From positions 56,544,001-56,608,000 of the forward strand of contig OX597820.1 of the NCBI GenBank assembly GCA_951406725.2: a stretch of 64,000 nt of DNA, given 5' to 3'. The number at the start of each line of letters is the position of its first letter. Position 1 is the stretch's first letter. Of the stretch, positions 13,824 to 27,572 are shown one piece after another. The notes beneath the pieces are model-generated. The model saw nothing but the letters and a program-made list of their open reading frames with translations. It made no database searches and was not told the origin of the DNA. The stretch is from Octopus vulgaris (taxonomy: Eukaryota). The position numbers and the translations under genes were made by a program.

Positions 13824-14899
13824 CATACATACATATATACATAAATATATATACAGGGAGAGAGAAGGAGAGATAGGTGGAGAGAGGAATAGAAAATCGA
13901 CAGAAAGCGTGCAATAAATTTGCCAATATATACGTGCACACACACATATATATATACATCCATACACATATACATGCATACACATATACATACATATTTA
14001 TATATAATATATGTGTATGTATGCGTGTGTGTATGCGTATAATCGCATTACACACGCACATACACAGGAACGTATATACACGCATTATTTAGCTTTCGGG
14101 GAGGAAGACAGAAATGATTTTGGGAATTGGACCAAAGAAGCTGGTTGTTCTTGCTTAATGTATTTGTGTGTGAATGTGTGCACCTGTGAGTGTGTATCTG
14201 TGTGTAGAATTATATTTGTGCGTATGTCATGATGTTTTAGTTGTAGATGTTGTTGTAATTGTTGTGTTGAGTGGACGTATCCGATGGCTCTAATTATGAA
14301 TTTATTGTCAGATAACTACGATTGGGGAATTGGTACTGGTGAAACCTGACGGCAGGAAAGGCTAGAGAGAGAGAGATGAGAGAGAGATGAGAGAGAGAGA
14401 TGATGAGGATGAGTGAGTTGGAGCTAGTGTTTTGAGATGGAATGTGTCAGAAAACGTGGCGAGTAGTTGATGCGATTGCTGGAACGACAAAGAGCGAGGA
14501 GAAAGGAAAGAGGAACGAATAGAAGGTTTAGAGGGGGAGAGAGAGAGAGAGAGAGAGAGGCAGATAGAGGGAGATGATGGAGACTATGGAGAAAGAGATG
14601 AGTGGAGAGAGACAAGGACGAAGAGAGAGATAGAGAGATACTGCGGAGAAGGGTAAAACAAAAACAAAAAATAACAGGAGAAACCAAAGAGGGAAGCGGG
14701 ACATTTGAGAGCAGAGATATTAGAAAGGTGAAAGAGTGGGGGTGATAAAAAGAGAAGGAGGAAGGATATATAGAGGGGGAGGTAGAGTGAGAGAGGACAA
14801 AGAGTTGAACAGAGTGTATGTGAAAAAGGAAGACGAAGGGAATAATTAAGAGAGGAGTTTAGTTAATGGCCGTATTTAGTTAAGAAGGGAGAGATGGAT

Positions 14900-15345
14900 A
14901 CTCTTTTACTCTTTTACTTGTTTCAGTCATTTGACTGTGGCCATGCTGGAGCACCACCTTTAGTCGAGCAAATCGACCCCAGGACTTATTCTTTGTAAGC
15001 CTAGTACTTATTCTATCGGACACTTTTGACGAACCGCTAAGTTACTGGAACGTAAACACACCAGCATTGGTTGTCGAGTGATGTTGGGGGGGACAAACAC
15101 AGACACACAAACACATACACACACACACACACAAAACACACACATACATGCACACATACATATATACATATACATATATACGACGGGCTTCTTTCAGTTT
15201 CCATCTACCAGATCCACTGACAAGACTTTGGTCGGCCCGAGGCTATAGTAGAAGACACTTGCCCAAGGTGTCACACAGTGGGACTGAACCCGGAACCATG
15301 TGGTTCGTAAGCAAGCCTCTTACCACGCAGCCACTCCTACGCCTA
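14900..15345 (-). mobile_element. SINE family A, full length
   Basis: Near-consensus copy with (GAGTAAAA)n tail and A/B boxes. Confidence 0.92.
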
Positions 15346-15428
15346 TAGTTGAGATTATATATGTGTGTGTGTGTGTGTGTATGTGTGTGAATAAATGAAT
15401 ATACATTTATATCCATATATGTATGTCC

Positions 15429-15461
<33 letters not shown>

Positions 15462-15794
15462 TGTATGTATGTATGTATGTATGTATGTATGTATGTATGT
15501 ATGTGTGTGTGTGTGCCTGTGTGTGTCTGTGTATGACAGCTATTGGCCAAGAAACACGCGTCCGCTATTCTCTTATCTCCAGACAAGAAGCCTGTCTTTT
15601 TCCTTTATAGTATGTCAACTTTGGGGGAATTCTTGAACCTTGAGATAATCTCCTTTTCCAAAGAGAAGCTGGTATTAATTGGCATTTAGTAATCATGATA
15701 TATCCTCTAGAGACGGAGGCAATTTCAATAAATCAAGAATCCATTTATAGGCTATTTGATGTACTTGTATTTCTCTCTCCCCGCTTCTCTATTC

Positions 15795-15828
<34 letters not shown>

Positions 15829-16394
15829 TTATATATATATATATATTTATGCATGTATGTATGTATATGTATACACACACGCGCGTTCACACACATACAT
15901 ACACAAACACATATATATATGCACGCGCACATACACACTTAAGCTCTTCCCTCTCTATGGAGCATAGGTTGTCGACGACATTTTTCCCGCACCGTTGCAA
16001 GGATTTAACTATATTGCAGATATACATACGTACATACATGCATACATACATATATGCACACACGCGCGCGCGCACACACATGCAAGTACACACATATGTA
16101 TAAGCGCAGGCATGACTGTGTGGTAAGAAGTTTAGCTCTCAACCATATGGTTTCACAAGCAACTTCTACTATGGTGAGCAAGAGAGCGGAAAAAGAGCTG
16201 TACATGTAAGTATGTATGTATGTATGTATGTATGTATGTATGTATGTATGTATGTATGTATTTATGTATGTATGTATGTATGTATGTATGTATGTATGTA
16301 TGTATGTATGTATGTATGTATGTATGCATGCATGTATGTATGTATGTATGCATGTACGTATGTATTTATGTATGTATGTGTGTATTTATGTGTG

Positions 16395-16680
16395 TGTCTT
16401 CTATTTTTTAATTATTATAAATCTTCAACTGAGGAGGAAGCCGGTTTCCAACAAAAATACAAGGATCCATCTTTGGGATGCAGTTTAACACAGACAAATT
16501 CACATTTGGAACTTGAGAAAAGTCTTGCATATTTTTACTGTTCCACTCACAGATTGCACTTGTACGGATTAGCCGGTCGATTTCTCTTTCCGAAAATCCC
16601 AATTTATTCAGATTCTTCTGTAAGCATTTACTAACAAAACTTAGTGAATTGGTATGCATATGAATTCATAGTCTAGATAG
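16395..16680 (-). mobile_element. 3' end of a restriction-like-endonuclease (REL) LINE, related to 49305-49936
   Basis: LSFVSKCLQKNLNKLGFSEREIDRLIR then QSVSGTVKICKTFLKF* aligns by eye with LGYVTYCLNTNLEKLGFSKPERRKLIR...[12 protein letters not shown]; shared 3' UTR motif GAAACCGG; ends in (TACA)n. Confidence 0.7.
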
Positions 16681-16789
16681 GTGGAGGCTTCGAAGCAATT
16701 GTCCATAGCTATCCTCTTTTTCTTTGATTTTCAAAAGAGATATTTTATATATGTATGTATGTATGATTTTATTATTCATTTTATTTCAA

Positions 16790-17150
16790 GATTATTTGGC
16801 AAGCTTACAGTGACAAGGCAATGGGTCACAAACAATGTTTCGAGTGGTACGGACGCTTCACAAGAGGAAGAACGTACTTGGAAGACGACGAGCGAGCTGG
16901 AAGACCTGCCACGAGCGTCAGCCAGGGAAATATGGAGAAAATCCATCAGGTTGTGGATGATGATCGCCAGGAGACAATCAACGACGTCTTGAAGCGTTTG
17001 AGGGAGGACATTTGGCGAAAGCGACCGGACCTTTCGAGCGCCAAGAATTGGATTCTTTACGACGACAATACACCCTGTCACCGACCTCTCCTCACTCGTG
17101 AGTTACTCGCCAAAAACAACATGGTGTCGCTTCTGCAACCGCACCCGTAT
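16790..17150 (+). mobile_element. Internally deleted mariner transposase remnant
   Basis: AYSDKAMGHKQCFEWYGRFTRGRTYLEDDERAGRP (HTH region) joined to VLKRLREDIWRKRPDL...WILYDDNTPCH...HPY (HDNA motif). Confidence 0.85.
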
Positions 17151-17180
17151 ATGTGTGAATGCATACATAAATACATATGT

Positions 17181-17596
17181 AGGAGTGGCTATGTGGTAAG
17201 TAGCTTGCTTGCCAACCACATGGTTCCGTGTTCAGTCCCATTGCGTGGCACCTTGGGCAAGAGTCTTCTGCTCTAGCCTCGGGCCGACCAAAACCTTGTG
17301 AGTGGATTTGGTAGACGGAAACTGAAAGAATCCCGTCGTATATATATATACATATATGTATGTGTGTGTGTGCTTGAGTGTCTCTGTTCGTCCCCCCCCC
17401 CAACATCGCTTGACAACCGATGCTGGTGTGTTTACAGCCCGTAACTTAGCGGTTCAGCAAAAGAAACCGATAGAATAAGTAGTAGGCTTACAAAGAATAA
17501 GTCCTGGGGTCGATTTGCTCGACTAAAGGCGGTGCTCCAGCATGGTCACAGTCAAATGACTGAAACAAGTAAAAGAGTAAAAGAGTAAAAGAGTAA
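17181..17596 (+). mobile_element. SINE family A, full length
   Basis: A box tggctatgtgg, B box gttcagtccc, tail (gagtaaaa)n. Confidence 0.92.
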
Positions 17597-17627
17597 ATAT
17601 GTATTTATGCATAATACATACATACGT

Positions 17628-17670
<43 letters not shown>

Positions 17671-18199
17671 TGTAGGTATGTATACAGGGAGAAGGAAGAG
17701 AAAGAGACTAAAAAAAAAAAAAAAGGTGGCGGACAAGAAAATTAAAACAAAAACCCGGAAAGTACGAAAGAAACAAAACAAAAAATGAAACAAGAAGAAT
17801 AAAATAAACAGCGGAAATGTAATTGTAGCGGCTGATCGTTGTTCGGATAGGATAGAAATATGAATTTTCATCTACTGTACTTAGAAAAAGAAAAGAAAAG
17901 AAAAGAAAAGAAAGAAAACAGAAAAGAAATATCACTAAAGTAGACGTACATTTCTGGTTCAGCTTTTGTATTTTGAAATGGCGATAAATTGCCGCGGAAT
18001 AGGGGCTTCAAAGCAGGGAAAATAATACAAAAGTTCTCTTTACACAGAACACATATGAGATACGATTTAGTATTAGATGGCGTTGTTGTTGATAGCGGTG
18101 GTGGAGGTGACGATGATTATGATTATGATTATGATTATGATGATGGCGATGAAGATGATTGTGGTGGTGGTGGTGGTGATAATGATGATGATGATTATA

Positions 18200-18252
<53 letters not shown>

Positions 18253-18292
18253 GGCGAGGGATTGTTATGTTTTGAGATGGACAAGAACATAT

Positions 18293-18515
18293 ACTTTTTA
18301 CTCTCTTTTACTCTTTTACTTGTTTCAGTCATTTGACTGCGGCCATGCTGGAGCACCGCCTTTTTTTAGTCGAGAAACTCGACCCCGGGACTTATTCTTT
18401 GTGTAAGCCCAGTACTTATTTTATCGGTCTCTTTTTGCCGAACCGCTAAGTTACGGGGACGTAAACACACCAGCATCGGTTGTCAAGCAATGCTAGGGGG
18501 ACAAACGCAGACACA

Positions 18516-18565
<50 letters not shown>

Positions 18566-18731
18566 CATATATACGACAGGCTTCTTTCAGTTTCCGTCTA
18601 CCAAATCCACTCACAAGGCATTGGTCGGCCCGGAGCTATAGCAGAAGACACTTGCCGAAGATGCCACGCAGTGGGACTGAACCCGGAACTATGTGGTTGG
18701 TTAGCAAGCTACTTACCACACAGCCACTCCT
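18293..18731 (-). mobile_element. SINE family A, full length
   Basis: Near-consensus copy. Confidence 0.92.
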
Positions 18732-18751
18732 AGCATAGTTAATGGGTAATG

Positions 18752-18782
<31 letters not shown>

Positions 18783-18805
18783 CATACATACACACATACA
18801 TATAT

Positions 18806-18940
18806 TTTTTCTTTGCAGTTTCAGCTCAGAGCTGCGGCCATATTGGAGCACCGCCGTTTTGCTACGCTGTTATTACTGAGGGCCTCCTCTAATATGTGGT
18901 ACTTGGTGAAAAATGGAGTCTGATGTGCTACCCTCATTTT

Positions 18941-18945
<5 letters not shown>
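18806..18945 (-). mobile_element. Short 3' terminus of a probable CR1-like LINE sharing its tail with SINE A
   Basis: Minus strand ends SDSIFHQVPHIRGGPQ* then GGCGGTGCTCCAATATGGCCGCAGCTCTGAGCTGAAAC. Confidence 0.55.
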
Positions 18946-19039
<94 letters not shown>

Positions 19040-19268
19040 TCATAAATATATATGTACACGCATATACAAACATATGTACACGCACATATATATACATATA
19101 TAGTAAAACATTCACATAGATGTATATGTACACGTATATGTATTTATAAGTGCGTGTGTATGCATGTATATATATAATATGTATATGTATATATGTATGT
19201 ATGTTTGCCTGTGTGTGTGTATATATATATACATACAAACATATATATTACATCAGAAAACAAAAATG

Positions 19269-19329
<61 letters not shown>

Positions 19330-19468
19330 CATACATATAAAATATATATACATTTTCTCGCTCAAAATCATCTAAACATATAATTGTCCGTCCGACCATC
19401 GATCCATTTATCTATCAATCAGTCTGTCTTTCTGTTTGTCTGTATGTCTTTCTGTTTGTCTGTGTCTT

Positions 19469-19514
<46 letters not shown>

Positions 19515-19543
19515 AATTTCATTTCCTCGTCTACAAGTGCACG

Positions 19544-19596
<53 letters not shown>

Positions 19597-21039
19597 TCAC
19601 ACATATGCACACATACATACATACATACATACATACATACATACATACATACATACATACATACGTACATACATACATATATACATACATACATTCACAA
19701 TCGCACATACAGGTTGCACGCAAACACGCATACACTCACGCACGGACACACGCACGCACGGACACACACACGCAACACACAAACACACGCAAATACACAT
19801 TGCATTTCTCCTCCTATGTTCTTCAACTATTTATATAACATAAATTGAACCTAGATTTATTATTAGCTTACTAATTGCTTGCTATATTACACGTAACGTA
19901 GAAAAGAAAGAAAGAGAGAGAGAGAGAGAGTGAGAGAAGGAGAGAGAGTGAGTGAGAGAGAGAGGGAGAGAGAGAGAAGGAGAGAGAGAGAGAAGGAGAG
20001 AGAGAGAAGGAGAGAGGGAGAGCTATACAAGGAGGGCGCAAAAGCGAACAAAAAATTTTGTATAAATGTTGAATTATTTTTTCCTTATTTTCCAATTTTT
20101 CAATTTTTCCTTTTGTTTTTGAAAAATTTTTATCATTAGAAAAATAATTTTTTTTTAGCTTTTATATTCTTAAATTTCCTCTTTAGATACGTTGCTAATA
20201 AAAGCATTTATATTGCTTTCCGCTAGAATATAAATATACATATTTACTAAACGTGGCAATCGTTAAGTTATTAACGAGGTGTTTTTTAGATGATACTTTG
20301 AAGATAAAGTAAAAATTATCCTCCGTCAGCCTCGACGATCCAACTGAAGTGCTTTATAATATATTACGGTTTAAGTGGTTGAATATTCCGGGAAAAATTT
20401 AGGTATCCTCAGGTAAAACCAAAGTGACACTCTGTAACAAATTTGGCCCTTTGAACCACATATATAACTGTCGGACAGGACTCCATACAGTCTCCGTAAA
20501 CCCTTGGATATACTGAAGTGCCTGTTCATTTCATTGGAGTGTATGTGATTGAGTATTCCAAGCAAAATCGATGCACCTTTAGGAAGAATCGATGTGATAC
20601 AGAATGGAACAATGCCAACCATTTGAAGTACAGATACAGATCGTTGAATGGGCGTCCATTCAGATTCCGTATTATTCCATTACCCTCATAAGTCCTGGGG
20701 CAATCCAAGGCTATTGTGAAATTCAGGCAATAGATTGAACCCGAAACAAAGTGATTGATAGCGAGTTTCTAACCCTTTGGTCAATTCTGCGCACATACTT
20801 TATAAATACTTACATCCTCTCATACTAATACAGTTATATGTATGTGTGTATGTATGCGTGCGTATGTGTCGCCGAGGTTCATTTTGCCTTTCATCCTTTC
20901 GAGGTCGATAAAATAAGTACCAGTTGAACGTTGGGGTCTCAGTAATCGACTTACATCTCTCCTGAAATTGCTGGACTTGTGCCAAGATTTGAAATCTGTA
21001 ATATAATATGAAATAGCTCTCACTTTGAAGGGTATGCTT

Positions 21040-21720
21040 ATGCATTGAAGGAACTAGAAATGACGACAAAATACCTGGTGTGTGAGAAAAGCAGGTCGGT
21101 AAATTGACATATTGAAAATGATGCAGACGGTGGAATTAACATCGAAGACGTTATCCACAATATAAGCAGCTGCCAAAAAATGTCATCACGGTTCTCTATA
21201 CTTGGCACGGTTTTCTATACTGAGGCAAGATGTCAAGGACAAAACATTACACAGCGTAATCCGTACAAAAGGTAGTTCCGAACATGAAAATGTATGTTAC
21301 AATATTGCGAATGTTATACTTTTTTCATTATATGAAAGAATACTGGTGGAATATCTCCACTAAAACTTCTGTTAGACTCTAAACATAATAAAACAGACAT
21401 AATGATCTGCGATAGAGAAACAAAAGTATGTACAATAACAGAAATTAATTTTCCGGAAGATGTTAACATTAAAGATAAAAGAAAACATCTATTCCGGTTG
21501 AATGGGAAATCTATAGATGCTACGCACGAATATAGATTATAAGCGTGATTATTGGGTCACTTAGTTATGAAACAAAAAAAAAGCCTGAGTACCAATCTTA
21601 TGAAGCCGGGTTTCGAAAACTAAAAAGAAAGCGATGAATTGGGAACTGGCAAATTACACGCCATTAACGGAACCATGAAAATAAGTAAAAGATTCCAGCA
21701 GTATTTGGCACATATACGCC
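21040..21720 (+). mobile_element. Decayed REL LINE fragment (zinc knuckle plus endonuclease)
   Basis: IEDVIHNISSCQKMSSR, KEYWWNIS, KHNKTDIMICDRETKVCTITEINFPEDVNIK with frameshifts; homologous to 49310-49684. Confidence 0.7.
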
Positions 21721-21749
21721 AAATACTGTGTGTGTGTGTCTATATATGC

Positions 21750-21819
<70 letters not shown>

Positions 21820-22239
21820 ATATTCATACATATATGTATGTCAGAACAGATAAATCTTAACATGCCATGACATGCATGCTTCCACATTTACGTATATCTC
21901 CAGACACCTGTAAATACCAGTTGATGTTATCTAATATCCTATAAAACATCTTCGCTTCAACGTTGTATTCGGGTTTTACTCTATAAGTGAAAATATTAAA
22001 TATACAACCTCAAAAACGTTTTGCTTTTACAATTGTGTCAACTGGTGCATGACCTAATGTTTTATGCCCGGAATAAGTAATGACTTTTATAAGCAAGTAA
22101 TATAAGCAAGAAAGAATTTAGTAAAAGAAGGCGAAACAATACTGATATAAAAGAAAACATTTAACAGATCAAAATACATATTAGTTAAGAACCGTTTTTA
22201 TTTCTACATGCAATATGTATAACAAATCACAGGCAGGAA

Positions 22240-23140
22240 AAAGCGGCGAGCTGCCAGAAACGTTAGCAATCCGGGCGAAATGCTTATCGGTATTTCGTCT
22301 GCCGCTACGTTCTGAGTTCAAATTCCGCTGAGGTCGACTTTGACTTTCATCTTTTCGGGGTCGATTAAATAAGTACCAGTTACGCACTGGGGTCGATATG
22401 ATCGATTTGATCCGTTTGTCTGTCCTTGTTTGTACACTCTGTGTATAGCCCCTTGTGGGTAGTAAAGAAATAGGTATTTCGTCTGTCTTTATGTTCTTTC
22501 ATCCTTTCGGGGGTCGAAAAAGTAAGTACCAGTTACCCACTGGGGTTGATGTAATCGACTTAATACCTTTGTCTTTCCTTGTTTGACCCCTCTATGTTTA
22601 GCCCCTTATGGGCAATAAAGAAATAAGAAACGTTAGCACGCTTTTAAGGCGGTGAGCTGGCAGAATCGTTAGCACGCCGGGCGAAATGCTTAGCGGTATT
22701 TCGCCCGTCGCTACGTTCTGAGTTCAAATTCCGCCGAGGTGGACTTTGCCTTTCATCCTTTCGGGGTCGATAAATTAAGTACCAGTTACGCACTGGGGTC
22801 GATGTAATCGACTTAATATGTTTGTCTGTCCTTGTTCGCCCCCTCTGTGTTTAGCCCCCTGTGGGTCGATGTAATCGACTTAATCCCTCTGTTTGTCCCC
22901 TTAATGTTTAGCCCCTTGTGGGCAATAAAGAAATAAGAAACGTTAGCACGCTGGCCGAAATGCTTAGCGGTATTTCGTCTGTCTTTACGTTCTGGGTTCA
23001 AATTCTGCCGAGGACGACTTTGCCTTTCATCCTTTCGGGGCCGATAAATTAAGTACCAGTTGCGTACTGGTGTCGATCTAATCGACTGGTCCCCTTTCCC
23101 CAAATTTCGGGCCTTGTGCCTAGAGTAGAAAAGAATATTT
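22240..23140 (+). mobile_element. Tandem array of SINE family B units
   Basis: Repeated blocks gttctgagttcaaattccgccgagg, cctttcatcctttcggggtcgataaa, ggggtcgatgtaatcgacttaat, tttagccccttgtggg. Confidence 0.9.
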
Positions 23141-23746
23141 GTGTATGCAATAGTTTTAGAGAACTTAGTATTTTCATAATGGGGATGCCTATGAAATCCT
23201 CTAGTGCATGTTCTTCAAAACTGTTCAATAATAAAATAAAAATAAAAATTTAAGAAACAGGAGACACGTGGGATGGAGCGTTGTTGAAGAGGTCAGAGGA
23301 TGTGTGACGAAAGAGTCAGATCATTTTCTGAAATGATGGAATGGAGGAAACTGAAGAAGCGAGTGGCTGTGATTCGTCTAGGTTACTTGTGTATTGGGTG
23401 AGAAAACAGTGGTAGATACGTCGATAAACAGAGGGCATATCTTATTATGAAGAATGCAACTTACTAAAATTTAGCGAAGTAAAACAAATATTTGTGTACC
23501 AGTTTTCTTAAGAGAAATTATAGGACGGAGATTCATCGTTTTGTTTCCATTTTGTTATAATTTTTTTTTTAAAGAAGAAATATTTTATTTTCGAAAGTGG
23601 CAGCTTAACGACTATGTGGAGAATTATGTGTCTGTGTACCCCTACACTCACATGCGCACGTACAGACATACGTACATACGTACATACATACATACATACA
23701 TACATGCACACATACAAAGGGAAAGAGCAAGCGAGCGAGCGAGAAC

Positions 23747-23789
<43 letters not shown>

Positions 23790-24104
23790 TGAGAGAAAGA
23801 GTGGTGAGACCAGATGTTACAGACAGACAGCTTTCACAATAATTACAATAATGATTGTATTTATTTTTTTCACAACTATAATTACAATGCCCATTGCTTT
23901 CCATTACGATTACATCGACCTAACACATTCCAGATGAATGACAAAACTTTTTTCTTTTATATATAAGGGAAGCATGTTTTCTCCGACAGGTTTGTGTTGA
24001 GAGTGAATCAAAAACAAAAAAATAGTTTTCATAATTTTTATGACTATAGCTAAGATTTATAAAAATACATTAATATCCACACCAAAATATTATATACGAG
24101 TGTT

Positions 24105-24558
24105 CATTTTTCTTTTACTTGTGTCAGCCATTCGACTGTAGCCATGCTGGGGCACCGCCTTGAAGTGTTTTAGTCGAACAGATCGACCCAAGGATTTATT
24201 TTTTAAAGCCTGGTACTTATCCTATCGGGCTCTTATGCCGAACTGCTAAGTTATGGGGACGTAAACACACCTACATCGGTTGTCAACCTGTACTGAGAGA
24301 ACTAACACAGACACAAAGACACCCCCCACACATCGATATATACATACATAATGCATATGTATATATATATATGTATGTATATATTTATACATACATATAA
24401 CGGGCTTCTTTCAGTTTCCATTTACCAAATCCACTCACAACGCTATGGTTGACCAGAGGCTATAGTAGAAGACATCTGCCCAAGGTACCACGCAGTGAGA
24501 TGAACCCGGAACCTTGTGGCTGGGAAGGAAGCTTCTTACCACACAGCCATGTCTGCGG
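24105..24558 (-). mobile_element. SINE family A
   Basis: Consensus blocks throughout. Confidence 0.88.
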
Positions 24559-24589
24559 GTACACTTTTTGTTATCAAATCTTTGAGCCC

Positions 24590-25380
24590 TGCAATATGGA
24601 GCAAATATTGTTTGTGCTTTACTTAGTCATTCTATTCTATATCAAGATCTACTTTGGTATGTTTAGAGAGGCCTAGAAAATATTTCTATCAGCCATTTGA
24701 AGCAATTTATGACTTATTGGGACGATGTTTACCCAAACTTGAACCACAACACTACTAAACAGCTCCGTCGACAGGCATTTTTCGTTGTCCAAAAACGATT
24801 GTCACGGATAGTTATTTTTATTCCAACTCCTGCGATGCCAGTCCATTCAAAATTAGCCAACAGCTGCCATAAAAGAGAGCAATAAAAGTGTCAACAAACT
24901 GCTGCCATGATTACCATCACTCAACTCTCATATATCTTTGTACAAAAATAATCCAACAGAGATAACTGAAGAATTTACACAGTGTAAGACAATTTGAAGT
25001 CACATTTTGAAAATAATTTTCCCCAATTTCGTGAAGACACATAAAATAGCTGGTCTTTTTTTTTTTTTTTTTTTGACAGGTGTATTGGGAGAAGAACAAT
25101 CATTCTCATGCTAAAAGTTATTGCTGCTGTTGCTGGAGACTGTACGAAAATATGTGACAACTCGTTTTGAACAATCAATATCTGTTTGAATACTTCTGTC
25201 TATCTGAGCGCCTCAGAATCGGACATTCTGATCAGCATACAAAGATATAAAGTAGATAAGATGCAGAAATTGTATCTTATGGAAAAAAAATTTGCTAAAA
25301 TATTCTGTGATTCTACATTCCAGTTCTTAAAGGAGGTAAGTAATTCCAAACGACGAACTCAAAATTGAGTGAAGACTTCG
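24590..25380 (+). mobile_element. Possible very decayed N-terminal region of an REL LINE
   Basis: FMTYWDDVYPNLNHNTTKQLRRQA resembles the N-terminal W...YP......L..Q pattern of R4-like elements; weak. Confidence 0.3.
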
Positions 25381-25409
25381 TAACCGGAAAATAAAGGATT
25401 AATCATGAT

Positions 25410-25800
25410 AGGTGCAGAAATGAGTGTGTGGTTAAGTGGCTTCTTTTGAAACGATGTTGTTTCAGGTTCAGTTCCACTACGCAGCACTTTCGGTGAGTGT
25501 CGTTCACAATAGCCCGGTCTGATCAACGTCTTGTGAATGAATTTCGTGGACGGAAACTATGTGGAAGCCCGTTGTATGTGTGTGTGTGTGTTTGTTTATG
25601 TCCCTTACCTACTACTTGACAATCGGTGTTATTTTGTTTACGTTCAACTGAATTAGCGGGTCGGCAAAAAGACACCGATAGAATAAGTGATAGACTTTAA
25701 AAAAATAAGTACTGGGGTTGATCTGGTCGACGAAAACCCCAAACCCTTCAAGGCAGTGTCCCAGCATGGATGTAGTCCGATAACTGAAACAAGTAAAAAG
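25410..25800 (+). mobile_element. Degenerate SINE family A
   Basis: ggttcagttccactacg, gacggaaactatgtggaagcccg, ctgaaacaagtaaaa. Confidence 0.8.
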
Positions 25801-25829
25801 CAAAAGGTAGAAGCCATTATTAACCGCAA

Positions 25830-26045
25830 GTAGTGGAGCGAGCTGGCTGAATCGTTATCACGCCGTGCAAAATACTTAGCGGCATTTTGTCCGTCTTTAC
25901 CTTCTGAGTTCAAATTCCGCCGCGGTCAGCTTTGTCTTTCGTCCTTTCGTACGATAAATTGAGTACCAATGAAACACTGAGGCCGATGTAATCGACTAGT
26001 CCTCTCTGCACAAATTTCAAGCTTTGTGCTTATTGTAGAAATGAT
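25830..26045 (+). mobile_element. SINE family B monomer
   Basis: gagctggctgaatcgtta...gagttcaaattccgccg...gatgtaatcgactagt. Confidence 0.8.
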
Positions 26046-26049
26046 TAGT

Positions 26050-27395
26050 ATTATTATATGAAAACTCACAGCATATTTTGCTGGGTATGATGGAAAGTGT
26101 CAGCTATCCACAACCAGCAGATTAAGTAAACCACTTGTTTACTGGTCATGCTTGAAGAACCTTACGAAGAATTCTTGCAGTTCCAAGCAATGCTGATTTT
26201 TGTAGGTGTTCTACCTTTACACTTGCACCAATCCTTTTCATCCATGTTGATAGCTGAGTGCTGATACTTCTGAGTGCATTATTGGCATCACGTCTACTCT
26301 CTTCATTGACCACAACCGTCGTATTTCTCACTTTAAATCGTCATAATTGTTTATTTTTTATTTTTCTTTCATATTAAGCCTGTTATTACCTGGGCATGCA
26401 ATGTCGATTGTCATACATGTTCTTTCATTTTCATTTACCACAACTATGTCCGGTCCCCGATGTCTGGTCGGGTGATCGCACTGAATCATTGCATCCCACA
26501 GGATTTTGAAATTCTCATTTTCAGTGACTCCTTCTGGGATTTGCTCTTTGTAGGCGTGATTTCCACAGAGCTCCCAATCGATCATTCTTGCCACATCGTC
26601 ATGGCATCTTTTCTATTCGTGTTGTGGTATTTTTGGGCATTCGCTAACTATGTGCCATACCGTGTCACCCCTCTCATCACACATTCCTCATTTGTCGCTA
26701 TTGGTAATGTTGTCTATTCTGCACTTCATATAGTTGGTCTTTAACGCTTGTTCCTGAGCTGCGCACATGAATGCTTCTGTCTCTATCTTCAGGTCACTTC
26801 TCTTCATCTATAACCACCGGTCCTCTGTATCTGTCTTGGCGTTCAAATCTCTTGCAAACTGACTGTACATTTTCTTTTCCTTCCATGCTTTTTCTTGGTT
26901 TTTTTTTTGTTAATTTCTTGTTTAAATTTCTCTTTCGTTACACAATTTTCAGTTTTGATGACGCCGGCCTTCTTCGTGTGTTTCAACAGTGGCTCCACGG
27001 CATTTTTATATACCACCTTGAGCTGTTTTCCTCTGCTTCGATACAGTCCTTGCAACTGATCAAACCTCTCCCACCCTTTCTTCTGGACAAGCACAGCCTA
27101 TCGGTATCACTCTTAATGTGGAAAGTTCCGTGTACTGTCAACATTTTTCTGGTCTTGGTATCCATTTTCTTTTCTTCTCTCTGTTGCTATTTTATAATTC
27201 CCGCTCCCTACTGAAGTGATGCTATCGCCCACGTATTAACTGCTTGGATTATATTCCATCCCGTCAATTTTGAGCGCAACACCAACCTCAGTCTTCGGAA
27301 ATACTCCATTCTCATTTCCTCTTTCATTTCTTTTCCCATTATCTCGTTGATTCTAGTACACCAAGGTATTTGTATCCTTCCATTTCAATTTGTTT
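26050..27395 (-). mobile_element. 5'-truncated R4/Dong-clade LINE (RT C-terminus, zinc knuckle, REL endonuclease)
   Basis: GYKYLG; DTKTRKMLTVHGTFHIKSDTDRLCLSRRKGGRGL; ENENFKILWD...HRGPDIVVV...IDIACP; LQKSALLGTARILRKVL; 3' end runs into (TAA)n. Confidence 0.9.
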
Positions 27396-27499
27396 AGTCA
27401 AATCTCTATTAGGTAATCAGGTGGATTATTTCGCACTTCTTGAATCCAAATTCCATTCTAATATCAGTACTAAAACAGTGAACCGTGTTCACCAAAGAA

Positions 27500-27500
<1 letters not shown>

Positions 27501-27572
<72 letters not shown>

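Noticed and set aside
17181-17260. tRNA genes at SINE heads (also 7478, 43672, 54401)
   Set aside because: A/B boxes are present but there is no complete cloverleaf, and each continues into a repeat body.
20400-20700. R2/Hero-like zinc knuckle (LCNKFGPLNHIYNC)
   Set aside because: Single degenerate motif with no supporting neighbours.
25080-25335. Exon defined by a polyT-GACAG acceptor and GAG|GTAAGT donor
   Set aside because: All three frames contain stops; at most a cryptic non-coding exon.
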